Source: Acidobacteriota bacterium (lineage in GTDB: Bacteria; Acidobacteriota; Thermoanaerobaculia; Gp7-AA8). Taken from it: DNA of 64,000 bases. The DNA is taken from positions 147,300 through 211,299 of the forward strand of contig JAFATB010000018.1 of the NCBI GenBank assembly GCA_019244185.1, read 5' to 3'. A model generated the notes under the pieces. That model saw only the letters and a list, made by a program, of their open reading frames with translations. It was not told where the DNA came from and made no database searches. A program made the position numbers and the translations under genes. Of the stretch, positions 45,678 through 54,855 are shown piece after piece (within the stretch, counting starts at the first letter, position 1; each line of letters opens with the position of its first letter).

Positions 45678-46024
45678 CGCTGTTCGTTCGACGCCGGCGG
45701 CGGCGGTGCGTTGAAGAACGCGCGCGCGTCGCGTTCGGTGCCGGCGCATCCGAGGACCACGCGGCCGCCGGAGTCGATGTGCGCGACGACGACGTCGGTC
45801 GAGCCTTCGGCCGCGACGCGCATGCCGTTCGCCGCAACGACGCTCGCGCGCGTCGCGCTCGTCTGCGTCATCGCGAAGAGCTGCGCCACCGCCTCGTCGC
45901 GCAGTTGCGCTTCCGCTTGTGCATCGCACGCGTTCGCATCGCACGCGTTCGCGTCGTCGGCATACAGCGCCGGCGCGGACAGCAACGCGGCGAGCGCGCA
46001 TGCGGCGAGAGTTCGTCGAATCAA
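45674..46024 (-). CDS. Small secreted hypothetical protein coupled to the PA metallopeptidase
   Basis: GAGGAGG RBS before TTG, signal peptide, stop overlapping the next ATG (ATGA). Confidence 0.72.
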   Translation of the reverse strand: MIRRTLAACALAALLSAPALYADDANACDANACDAQAEAQLRDEAVAQLFAMTQTSATRASVVAANGMRVAAEGSTDVVVAHIDSGGRVVLGCAGTERDARAFFNAPPPPASNEQR

Positions 46025-46111
46025 CCAGCCTCCTCGATGTGGACCGTTTCCGGGAAAGGTTAGTTATTTTACACGATGCGGCGCGGACGCTCGATGCATA
46101 ATCGCGCCGGC

Positions 46112-47467
46112 ATGAATCCTCCCCACGGTCCGCGCGGACCTTTGCGCGGCGGCGCGCTGCTCAGTTTTCCGCGACATCCCGAGGCGTTCCTGCGCGTCTC
46201 GCGCAAATACGGCGACCTCGCGTCGTTCCGCGTCGGGAACCAGCAGTTCGTGGTCATCAATCATCCCGACCTCGTGCGCGAGGTCTTCGTCACGAAGCAG
46301 GACTCGTTCGTCAAAGGGTGGGGACCCGTCGCGGGCAACACGGTAATGGGACACGGCCTGCTGACGTCGGAAGGCGCGCTGCATCGGCGGCAGCGGCGCA
46401 TCGTGCTGCCCGCGCTGCATCGCCAGCGCCTCGAGGAGTATGCGAATGCGGTCGTGCGCCACGCACGGCAACTCGTCGACGGCTGGCGCGATGCGCCGTC
46501 ATCGAACATCCTCGCCGACGCGCGCCGCATCACGATGCTCGTGATCGCCGAAACGCTCCTCGGCACCGACATCGCGCCCGCCGACGCCGCGCGCGTCTCG
46601 CACGCGCTCGACATCATCTTCCGCCGCTTCGCCGGACGCATGCACGCGTTCGCCGGACCGCTGCGGCGGTTGCGCGTGCGTTCCGCGAAGATCGGCGCGG
46701 AGGCGGGACGCGAGCTGCGCGCGCTGGCGACGTCGCTCATGGATGCGCGTCGCGAACAGCGCGGCGACGATCTCGTGTCGCTGCTGCTCGACACGCGTGA
46801 CGACGCGGGCGATCCGCTGCCGGACGCGCTGATCGTCGACGAGATCGTGACGATGTTCGTCACCGGACACGAGACGATCGCGCTCGCGCTGACGTGGGCG
46901 TGGCTGCGGCTCGCGCGCGACGCGCGTGCGCAGGCGCAGCTCGATGCGGAGCTCGATGCGGTGCTCGGCGGACGCGAGCCGTCGTTCGATGATCTGCGTC
47001 AAATGCCGTACGCGCAGGGCGTGATCGCGGAGTCGCTGCGCCTGCATCCGCCGCAGTGGATGCTGGGGCGCCGGGCGACCGAGCCGGTGAGCGTCGGCGG
47101 CGTTGATCTGCCCGCCGGCGTCAACGTGCTGCTCTCGCTCTACACGCTGCACCGCGACGCGCGCTGGTTCGACGACGCGGAGGCGTTTCGTCCCGAGCGT
47201 TGGGCGGCGGGCGTGGAGAAGAGCGCCGCGCCGTTCACGTATCTGCCGTTCGGCTTGTCGATCCGCCGCTGCGTCGGCGAGGGATTCGCGTGGATGGAGA
47301 CGACGCTGCTGCTCGCGCTGACCGCGTCGCGCCTGCGCGCGTTGCCGCTGCCGCCCGGCGAGCTGGGGATGGAGCCGCTGATCGTGCTCCGGCCGGAGGC
47401 GAAGGCGCGGATGGCGTTCGTCGCGCGCGCGCCGGAAGCCGCGTCCGCTCAGAGCTCCGCGCCTTAG
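46112..47467 (+). CDS. Cytochrome P450
   Basis: GLLTSEG, TGHET (I-helix), ESLR (ExxR), PERW and FGLSIRRCVG heme Cys. Confidence 0.93.
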   Translation: MNPPHGPRGPLRGGALLSFPRHPEAFLRVSRKYGDLASFRVGNQQFVVINHPDLVREVFVTKQDSFVKGWGPVAGNTVMGHGLLTSEGALHRRQRRIVLPALHRQRLEEYANAVVRHARQLVDGWRDAPSSNILADARRITMLVIAETLLGTDIAPADAARVSHALDIIFRRFAGRMHAFAGPLRRLRVRSAKIGAEAGRELRALATSLMDARREQRGDDLVSLLLDTRDDAGDPLPDALIVDEIVTMFVTGHETIALALTWAWLRLARDARAQAQLDAELDAVLGGREPSFDDLRQMPYAQGVIAESLRLHPPQWMLGRRATEPVSVGGVDLPAGVNVLLSLYTLHRDARWFDDAEAFRPERWAAGVEKSAAPFTYLPFGLSIRRCVGEGFAWMETTLLLALTASRLRALPLPPGELGMEPLIVLRPEAKARMAFVARAPEAASAQSSAP

Positions 47468-48276
47468 AGCTCCGCCAGCGCGCGTTCGATCGGCAGCACG
47501 TGCTCGCGATAGCGGATCGCGCGCTGGTACGTGCCGGCGGCGACGAGCTTCTCGCCGTAGATCTCGTAGAACGGCCGCTCGTCGTTCACCTCCGTCGCCG
47601 GATCGACGGGGATCAGGCATTCGGTCGCCAGCGCGCGCTCGTTCATGCCGTCGAGCGAGCGGTCGACGATGGCGGCGAGCTCGGAATGCTGCGCGAGGAT
47701 TCTCCGGCTGCTGCCGAGGAATGCGGCTTCCGCCTCGGCGGCCAGCTCGGGGTAGGCGCGCGCGGTGGCGAGCTTGCGCTCGAGCTGCTCTTCGCCGAGG
47801 GTCTGCCACATCGCGGTTTCGCGTCGCTCGGGCGGACACTTCTCGTGCGGCGCGAAGAGGAAGAACGCGTAGTTCGCGATCGGCGCGCCGCCGCGGTTCG
47901 CGCGCGCGACCGCGGCGTTGATGATCATCCGGCAGATGTCGTGCGTCGGATTGAAGCCCTCGCGCGCGTCGCCGGCGACGTACGGCGGGCGCGTCGCTTC
48001 GAGATCGTCCGCGAGACGAGCGGCGATGTCGACGAAGAGCTCAACGTCTCCGTCGAGCACGGCGGAGTAGAACCGCGGATCGGAGATCACGCCGAAGACG
48101 CTGCCGGCGTCGGCGTTCGCGGCGCGCAGCACTTTCTCGCTCGAGGCGATGCGTGACGTGCCGGTGCGGCCGGAGCCGTCGGTGAGGATCGAGACGCGCG
48201 GACGCGCCGACTCGACCCAACCCAACACCATCATCTCGTGACCGGGATGCGCAACGATCAACGCGGGGCGGGACAT
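47464..48276 (-). CDS. Hypothetical protein, PIG-L/LmbE-like variant
   Basis: IVAHPGHE, ILTDGS and EGFNPTHD resemble PIG-L deacetylase motifs (AHPDDE, TxG, HxDH); family call tentative. Confidence 0.65.
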   Translation of the reverse strand: MSRPALIVAHPGHEMMVLGWVESARPRVSILTDGSGRTGTSRIASSEKVLRAANADAGSVFGVISDPRFYSAVLDGDVELFVDIAARLADDLEATRPPYVAGDAREGFNPTHDICRMIINAAVARANRGGAPIANYAFFLFAPHEKCPPERRETAMWQTLGEEQLERKLATARAYPELAAEAEAAFLGSSRRILAQHSELAAIVDRSLDGMNERALATECLIPVDPATEVNDERPFYEIYGEKLVAAGTYQRAIRYREHVLPIERALAEL

Positions 48277-48351
48277 GCGGGGACCTTCTAACATCGCACC
48301 CCCGCGTGCGCAACTGGACGCATGCCTGTGATTGCCGCAAGATGCCGCGCC

Positions 48352-49494
48352 GTGCGGGTCCTCATCACCAGCGGCGCTTTGGGCCAGGTCGGCGGCATGC
48401 AGGCCTACGTGCGCGATCTGGCCGCGTGGCTGCTCGCGCACGGACACACGCCCGTCGTCTACGGCCCGCGTCACGGCCGCACCGCCGCGCAGCTCGGACG
48501 CCTCACGGTTCCCGTCACCGACGATCTCGCCACGCTCGGCGCGGCGCCCGACATCATCCACGGCAACAGCGCGGTCGAGACGATGACGGCGCTGCTGCAC
48601 TTCCCGTCGGCGCCGGCCGTCTTCGTCTGCCACGGCTGGCGCGTCGACGGTCCCGGCGTACCGCACTTCCCGCGCGTCCTGCAGTACGTCGCGGTGGACG
48701 ACACCGTCGCCGATCGCGTCCTCTACAAGGAAGGCGTCGCGCCGGAGAAGCTGAGCGTGCTGCTCAACGCCGTCGACACGGAACGCTTTCCGCCGCGCGC
48801 GACGCCGCTTCCCGCGAAGCCAAAACGCGCGCTCGTCTTCGGCAACGCCGCGCACGCGGCCGGACACGCCGCGATCATCGAAGACGTCTGCCGCCGCTCC
48901 GGCATCGAAGTCGACGTCGTCGGCGAGTTCGCCGGCACCGCCGTCGACGCGCCCGAACAGATCCTCGGCCGCTACGATCTCGTCTTCGCGAAAGCGAAGT
49001 GCGCGCTCGAGGCGATGGCCGCCGGCGCCGCGGTCGTGCTCTGCGAAGGCACCGGCATCGGCGGCATGGTCACGACGGCGAACGTGGAGCGCCTGCGCCG
49101 CCTCAACTTCGGCATCCGCGCGCTGCAGACGCCGCTGACGACGGAGACGGCGTCCGACGCCGTCGCGGCATACGACGCGGCCGACGCCGCGCGCGTGGCG
49201 GCGCTGATCCGCGAGCGCGCATCGGCGGACGTGCTGCACGAACAGCTGCTCGCGCTGTACGAGCGGGTCGTCGATGACTTTGCGCGCGCGCCGCGCCCGT
49301 CGCACGAGGACGAGAGCCGCGCCGCCGCGAAGTTCCTGCGCGACTTCGTCGAGTCGACGCGGCCGTCCGAATCGAACCTCAACCTCGTCGCGCAGGCGAC
49401 GCACCGCATCCTGCGCGCGCCGCTCGTCGGCCGCACGCTCACGCGCGTCGCGCGCTGGGTCGTCGAGCGCGGCAAGGACGGAGGCGACCTCTGA
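48352..49494 (+). CDS. Glycosyltransferase (GT4-like)
   Basis: N-terminal GG-YVRDLA, PDIIHG, NAVDTERF and ALEAMAAG. Confidence 0.85.
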   Translation: MRVLITSGALGQVGGMQAYVRDLAAWLLAHGHTPVVYGPRHGRTAAQLGRLTVPVTDDLATLGAAPDIIHGNSAVETMTALLHFPSAPAVFVCHGWRVDGPGVPHFPRVLQYVAVDDTVADRVLYKEGVAPEKLSVLLNAVDTERFPPRATPLPAKPKRALVFGNAAHAAGHAAIIEDVCRRSGIEVDVVGEFAGTAVDAPEQILGRYDLVFAKAKCALEAMAAGAAVVLCEGTGIGGMVTTANVERLRRLNFGIRALQTPLTTETASDAVAAYDAADAARVAALIRERASADVLHEQLLALYERVVDDFARAPRPSHEDESRAAAKFLRDFVESTRPSESNLNLVAQATHRILRAPLVGRTLTRVARWVVERGKDGGDL

Positions 49495-50273
49495 AGCATC
49501 CGTACCGCTGGTTCCGGCGGCCGATCTTCATTTATCAAATGGCAAAGGTCGGCTCGACGGCGGTGCTCGAGGCGCTGCAGCGCCGCCGGCTGCGGCCGTA
49601 TCACGTGCACCGGATGAACGCCGAGCACATCGCGCGGATGCTCGCCGGACGCCGCGCAAAAGGCTGGTACGAGGCGCCGCTGCAACCGCACGACCGCTAC
49701 GGTCCGCTGCTGCGCGAGAGCATCATCCGCCGCGGCAAACGCGTGCGCGTGGTGACGCTCGTGCGCGATCCGATCGCACGCAATCTCTCGTCGTACTTTG
49801 AACATCTCGATGCGATCTGGTCGACGCGCGACGCGCACGAAAAGATCGCCATGGACGAGCTCTGCCGCGGTTTCTTCGAGCGCTATACGCACGACGAGCC
49901 GCTGACGTGGTTCGACGACGAGCTGCTCCCCGTCCTCGGCATCGACGTCTATCAACTCCCGTTTCCCGCCGAAGGACACCTCGTCATCCGCACGCCGCAA
50001 TGCGAGCTGCTCATCCTGAAAGCGGAGCTGAGCGACGCGCAGAAAAGCGCCGCGCTGTCGCGGTTCTTCGGCATGCGCGGCATCGACGTGCGCCGCGCGA
50101 ACGACACGGGCACGCAGTCGAACGGCGAGGCCTTCCGACGCTTCATCGAGGCCATCCGCCTCACGCCCGACTACGTCGACCGCATGCTCGATTCGCGCTA
50201 CACGCGCCACTTCTACGGCGACGAGGAACGCGTCGCGCTGCGACGCCGCTGGCTGCGCGCGTCTCCAGCGTAA
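49491..50273 (+). CDS. Sulfotransferase-like capsular polysaccharide synthesis family protein (probable CTG start; first ATG at 49539)
   Basis: IFIYQMAKVGS (5'-PSB-like), VRDPIARNLS (3'-PB-like), WFDDEL, GIDVY-PFP and SRYTRHFY. Confidence 0.75.
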   Translation: MKHPYRWFRRPIFIYQMAKVGSTAVLEALQRRRLRPYHVHRMNAEHIARMLAGRRAKGWYEAPLQPHDRYGPLLRESIIRRGKRVRVVTLVRDPIARNLSSYFEHLDAIWSTRDAHEKIAMDELCRGFFERYTHDEPLTWFDDELLPVLGIDVYQLPFPAEGHLVIRTPQCELLILKAELSDAQKSAALSRFFGMRGIDVRRANDTGTQSNGEAFRRFIEAIRLTPDYVDRMLDSRYTRHFYGDEERVALRRRWLRASPA

Positions 50274-50301
50274 ACCCGCGCTGTACAATCGCGCCCGGCC
50301 C

Positions 50302-51687
50302 ATGCGCGACTACGTGATCCTGCACGTCAACGGTGAGCCGGTGCGCGTCACCGGCGATGGCATCTTCGAAAGTCTCTCCCGATTCCTGCGCGTGCGCCGC
50401 GGCGCCGCCGGCACGAAGGTCGTGTGCGAGGAAGGCGACTGCGGCGCGTGCACGGTGCTCATCGGACGCCGCGACGGCGACCGCCTCCGCTACCGTGCCG
50501 TGAACTCCTGCATCCAGTTCGTGTTCCAGCTCGACCTCGCGCACGTCGTCACCGTCGAAGGTCTCGGCGCCGGCGCGCTCACGCCGGTGCAGGACGCGAT
50601 GGTCCGCTGCCACGGCGCGCAATGCGGCTACTGCACGCCCGGCTTCGTCATGGCCATCGCCGGCATGTGCGAGGAAGAAGAGACCGACGCCGCGCGCGGC
50701 ATCACCGGAAACCTCTGCCGCTGCACCGGCTACGAGCCGATCGTCAAGGCCGCGAACGAGAGCTTCGCGACGCAGAAGCGGATGGACGCCGTCTATCCGA
50801 GCGCGCCGATCCTCGAACGCATCGCCGAGCACGAGCGCACGCCGGTGCGCATCGCGAACTTCTTCAAGCCGAAGACGCTCGCGGATGCGATCGCATTCAA
50901 GAGCGAGCAGCCGCGGTGCGTCATCGTGCAGGGCGGCACCGACTTCGGCGTCTGGTGCAACAAGCGGAACTTCGTGCCGCCGGCCGTGCTCTCGCTCGAC
51001 GGCGTCGAAGGTCTCAGCGACATCAGCGTCGATGGCCGCGAGCTCGTCGTCGGCGCGCGCGTGCCGCTCGCGGAGTTCGAGCGCGCCGTGCGCGACCTCG
51101 TCCCCGAGCTGCGCGAGATCATGGACCGTTTCGGCTCGCCGCAGATCAAGAACGCCGGCACGCTCGCGGGCAACATCGCCAACGCGTCGCCGATCGCCGA
51201 CACGCTGCCGTTCCTCTACGTCACCGGCGCCACGCTCGAGCTCACCGGCCTCGCCGGCATCCGCCGCGTCGCGGTCGCCGACTTCTACAAGGGCTACAAG
51301 ACGCTCGATCTCCGCGCCGACGAGATCATCACGCGCGTGCGCATCCCGCTGCCATCGGACGGCGACACGCTGCGCCTTTACAAAGTCTCGAAGCGCAGCC
51401 ATCTCGATATCTCTTCATTCACCGCCGCGATGCTCATGCGCCGCACCGACGGCCGCATCGACTCGATGCGCGTCGCGTACGGTGGCGTCGGGCCGGTCGT
51501 GCTGCGGCTGGGGAAGACCGAGGAGTTTTTGAAGGGGAAAGCGATCAGCGCGGAGACGTTCGCCGAAGCGGGCGAGATCGCGCGCGGCGAGATCGCGCCG
51601 ATCTCCGACGTGCGCGGCGCGCGCGAATTCCGCCTGCAACTGGCGGAGAATGCACTCTGCCGCTTCTACTACGACGCGTGCCTCTGA
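50302..51687 (+). CDS. xdhA: Xanthine dehydrogenase small subunit (2Fe-2S and FAD)
   Basis: CEEGDCGAC, QCGYCTPG, GNLCRCTGY, GGTD and YKVSKR. Confidence 0.93.
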   Translation: MRDYVILHVNGEPVRVTGDGIFESLSRFLRVRRGAAGTKVVCEEGDCGACTVLIGRRDGDRLRYRAVNSCIQFVFQLDLAHVVTVEGLGAGALTPVQDAMVRCHGAQCGYCTPGFVMAIAGMCEEEETDAARGITGNLCRCTGYEPIVKAANESFATQKRMDAVYPSAPILERIAEHERTPVRIANFFKPKTLADAIAFKSEQPRCVIVQGGTDFGVWCNKRNFVPPAVLSLDGVEGLSDISVDGRELVVGARVPLAEFERAVRDLVPELREIMDRFGSPQIKNAGTLAGNIANASPIADTLPFLYVTGATLELTGLAGIRRVAVADFYKGYKTLDLRADEIITRVRIPLPSDGDTLRLYKVSKRSHLDISSFTAAMLMRRTDGRIDSMRVAYGGVGPVVLRLGKTEEFLKGKAISAETFAEAGEIARGEIAPISDVRGAREFRLQLAENALCRFYYDACL

Positions 51688-51692
51688 CCGCC

Positions 51693-53945
51693 ATGTACAT
51701 CGGAAAGGACGTTCCGCACGACTCCGCCCTCGGCCACGTGACCGGGCGCTCGCTCTACGTCGACGACATGCCGCGCCTCGCGCACGAGCTCATCGTCGAC
51801 TTCCTCTGGAGCCCGCACGCGCACGCGACCATCCTCTCGCTCGACGTCGAGCCCGCGCGCGCGATCGAAGGCGTCGCAGGCGTCTACACGTACCGCGATC
51901 TGCGGCACAACCGCCTCGGTCCCATCGATCAGGACGAGCCGCTGCTCGTCGAAGACACCGTGATGTTCCGCGGCCAGCCGATCGTCGTCATCGCCGCGGA
52001 ATCGCGCGAGGCCATCCGCGCCGCGAAGGCCGCGATCCGCATCGAGTACGGCGTGCTGCGCCCGATCCTGACGATCGAGGACGCGATCGCCGCGAACAGC
52101 TACCTCGGCGAGTCGCGTTTCATCCGCCGCGGCGACGTCGACGCCGCATTCGCGTCGGCCGATCACGTCATCGAAGGCATCTTCGAGAACGGCGGCCAGG
52201 ATCACTTCTACCTCGAGTCACAGGCCGCGCTGGCGACGCCGGGCGAGCTCGGCGCGCTGACCGTGCTCTCGTCGACGCAGCATCCCACCGAAGTCCAGGA
52301 AGTCATCGCCCATCTCCTCGGCCTCGACATGAGCCAGGTCGTCGTGCAGACGAAGCGGATGGGCGGCGGCTTCGGCGGCAAGGAAGCACAGGCCACGCAT
52401 CCCGCGGTGATGGTCGCGCTGGTCGCGCAGAAGCTCGGCCGCCCCGCGCGCATCGTCTACGACAAAGACAGCGACATGCACGTCACCGGCAAGCGGCATC
52501 CGTTCCGGAACCGCTACCGCGCCGGCTTCACGCGCGCGGGCGAGCTCGTCGCGCTGCGCGTCGAGCTCTACTCCGACGGCGGCGCCTACGCCGATCTCTC
52601 GCCCGCGGTCATGGCGCGCGCGATGACGCACGCCGAGAACGCGTACTTCATTCCGAACGTCGACATCCGAGGAACGGTGTGCCGCACGAACATGCCGCCG
52701 AATACCGCGTTCCGCGGCTTCGGCGGACCGCAGGGCGTCGCGACGATCGAGAACGTGCTGGAAGAGATCGCGCAGTTCCTCGGCAAGGACGCGTACGACA
52801 TCCGCCGCGCGAACTGCTACGGCGACGAGCCGCGCAACACGACGCCGTATTGCCAGGTCGTCGAGAACAACACGCTGCCGCGCCTCTTCACCGAGCTCGC
52901 GGACCGCTGCGATTACCGCGCGCGCATGAAGGCCGTGCGCGCATTCAACGCCGAGTCGAAAACGCAGCTCAAAGGCCTCGCGCTCACGGCCGTGAAGTTC
53001 GGCATCTCGTTCAACACCAAGTTCCTCAATCAGGCCAGCGCGCTGGTCAACATCTACCTCGACGGCAGCGTACAGGTCTCCACCGGCGCGACCGAGATGG
53101 GGCAGGGCGTCAACACGAAGATCCGCCAGCTCGTCGCCGACACGCTCGGCGTGCAGCTCGAGCGCGTGCAGGTGATGGTGACGTCGACGGAGAAGAGCAA
53201 CAACGCGTCGGCGACCGCGGCGTCGAGCGCCGCGGACCTCAACGGCAGCGCCGCCGTCGATGCATGCAGCAGACTGCGCGCGCGTCTCGACGAAGTGCTC
53301 GAGCGCCACGGCGGCAACCCGTCGTGGGAAGAGCTGGTGATGCTCGCGTATCACGACCGCGTTTCGCTCGGCGAACGCGGGTTCTATGCGACGCCGCGCA
53401 TCGATTGGACGTGGCTGTCGTCGGCGAACACCGGCGGTTACGGCCATCCGTTCCTCTACTTCACGATGGGCACCGCGTGCTCGGAAGTGCTGATCGATCG
53501 CTTCACCGGCACGATGAAGGTGCTGCGCTCCGACGTGCTCATGGACATCGGACGCCCGATCAATCCCGGCGTCGACCGCGGCCAGCTCGTCGGCGGCTTC
53601 ATTCAGGGAATGGGCTGGGTGACGACCGAGGAGCTGCGGTACACGGAGAGCGGCGAGCTGCTGTCGCATTCGCCGACGACCTACAAGATCCCCAACGTCC
53701 ACGACGTGCCGGAAGTGTTCAACGTCGACTGGATCGAGCACGAGAATCCGGTGAACGTCGCGGGCAGCAAGGCGGTCGGCGAGCCGCCGCTGCTGATGGC
53801 CATCTCCGTCTGGTGCGCGGCGAAACACGCGCTGTCGTTCGTCGCGAACGGCACGCCGGCGCGCTTGCGATTGCCGGCAACGAATGAAGAACTGCTGATG
53901 CGGATCACCGAGTACACGAAGCGAGGAGCCGCCGTCGCGGGATAA
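51693..53945 (+). CDS. xdhB: Xanthine dehydrogenase molybdopterin-binding subunit
   Basis: HFYLE, RMGGGFGGKE, AFRGFGGPQG, VKFGISF, EMGQG and SKAVGEPP. Confidence 0.95.
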   Translation: MYIGKDVPHDSALGHVTGRSLYVDDMPRLAHELIVDFLWSPHAHATILSLDVEPARAIEGVAGVYTYRDLRHNRLGPIDQDEPLLVEDTVMFRGQPIVVIAAESREAIRAAKAAIRIEYGVLRPILTIEDAIAANSYLGESRFIRRGDVDAAFASADHVIEGIFENGGQDHFYLESQAALATPGELGALTVLSSTQHPTEVQEVIAHLLGLDMSQVVVQTKRMGGGFGGKEAQATHPAVMVALVAQKLGRPARIVYDKDSDMHVTGKRHPFRNRYRAGFTRAGELVALRVELYSDGGAYADLSPAVMARAMTHAENAYFIPNVDIRGTVCRTNMPPNTAFRGFGGPQGVATIENVLEEIAQFLGKDAYDIRRANCYGDEPRNTTPYCQVVENNTLPRLFTELADRCDYRARMKAVRAFNAESKTQLKGLALTAVKFGISFNTKFLNQASALVNIYLDGSVQVSTGATEMGQGVNTKIRQLVADTLGVQLERVQVMVTSTEKSNNASATAASSAADLNGSAAVDACSRLRARLDEVLERHGGNPSWEELVMLAYHDRVSLGERGFYATPRIDWTWLSSANTGGYGHPFLYFTMGTACSEVLIDRFTGTMKVLRSDVLMDIGRPINPGVDRGQLVGGFIQGMGWVTTEELRYTESGELLSHSPTTYKIPNVHDVPEVFNVDWIEHENPVNVAGSKAVGEPPLLMAISVWCAAKHALSFVANGTPARLRLPATNEELLMRITEYTKRGAAVAG

Positions 53946-53949
53946 AGCT

Positions 53950-54042
53950 GAATGAAGAACGCAGAACGCAGAATGAAGAACGTTGAAAAGGGGACGTTGC
54001 TCCTTTCAACGTTCTTCATTCTGCGTTCTGCGTTCTTCATTC
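53950..54042. repeat. 39-bp perfect inverted repeat built from heptamer tandem repeats
   Basis: Arm 53950-53988 GAATGAA-GAACGCA-GAACGCA-GAATGAA-GAACGTT-GAAA; exact reverse complement at 54004-54042; 15-nt loop. Confidence 0.92.
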
Positions 54043-54058
54043 GCTTCTGACTTTTCCC

Positions 54059-54850
54059 ATGTCTTACACAACACAAGAAGTTCTCAACCTGATCTTCCGC
54101 TGGATGCACGTCTTCTCCGGCATCATGTGGGTCGGCGCGACGTACTACTTCACGTGGCTCGACCGCCGCTTCCACACCACCGATCCCGAACAGGTGTGGA
54201 TGGTTCACAGCGGCGGCTTCTACGTCGTCGAGAAGCAGACGCGCCCGTCGTCCGCGCACACGCTGCACTGGTTCAAGTGGGAAGCGGCCATGACGTGGCT
54301 GAGCGGCATACCGCTGCTGCTCGTCGTCTACTACTTCGGCGGCCTGCTCACCGACGGCGATCCCGGCAAGCCGTCCTTCGCCGTCGCCGCGACGATCGGC
54401 CTCGGCGTGATCGTCGGCGGCTGGATCGTCTACGACCTCCTGTGGATCTCGCCGCTCGCGCGCATCGAGCCGCTCGCGATCGCGATCTCGTACGCGCTCA
54501 TCGTCGCGCTGGGATGGTGGCTGCCGCACGTGATGTCGCCGCGCGCTGCCTTTCTTCATGTCGGCGCGGTCCTCGGCACGCTCATGGCCGCGAACGTCTG
54601 GATGCGCATTCTCCCCGCGCAGCGGAAGATGGTCGCCGCCGTTCGTGACGGCCGCGAGCTCGATCCGCGCCTCGGCGACCGCGCGAAGTTCCGCTCGAAG
54701 CACAACACCTACATCGTCATCCCCGTCGTGCTCCTCATGATCAGCAACCACTTCCCGACCACGACCTACGGCTCGCAGTACAACTGGATCGTGCTCGCGG
54801 TGGTGACGCTCGTCGGCTGGGGCGCGGCCCACGTGATCAGGAAACATTGA
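54059..54850 (+). CDS. puuD: Urate hydroxylase PuuD, membrane domain only
   Basis: RWMHV-GIMWVG, WMVHSGGFY, LHWFKWEA, MAANVW, RSKHNTY and MISNHFP; purine cluster context. Confidence 0.88.
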   Translation: MSYTTQEVLNLIFRWMHVFSGIMWVGATYYFTWLDRRFHTTDPEQVWMVHSGGFYVVEKQTRPSSAHTLHWFKWEAAMTWLSGIPLLLVVYYFGGLLTDGDPGKPSFAVAATIGLGVIVGGWIVYDLLWISPLARIEPLAIAISYALIVALGWWLPHVMSPRAAFLHVGAVLGTLMAANVWMRILPAQRKMVAAVRDGRELDPRLGDRAKFRSKHNTYIVIPVVLLMISNHFPTTTYGSQYNWIVLAVVTLVGWGAAHVIRKH

Positions 54851-54855
54851 ACTTG

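Noticed and set aside
45674-47467. DANAC-repeat protein as a P450-modified RiPP precursor
   Set aside because: It has a Sec signal peptide, is coupled to the protease operon and is transcribed away from the P450
53950-54042. Heptamer array as a CRISPR or as the start of ORF 53983-54648
   Set aside because: No spacers or cas genes; that ORF is an off-frame overlap of puuD
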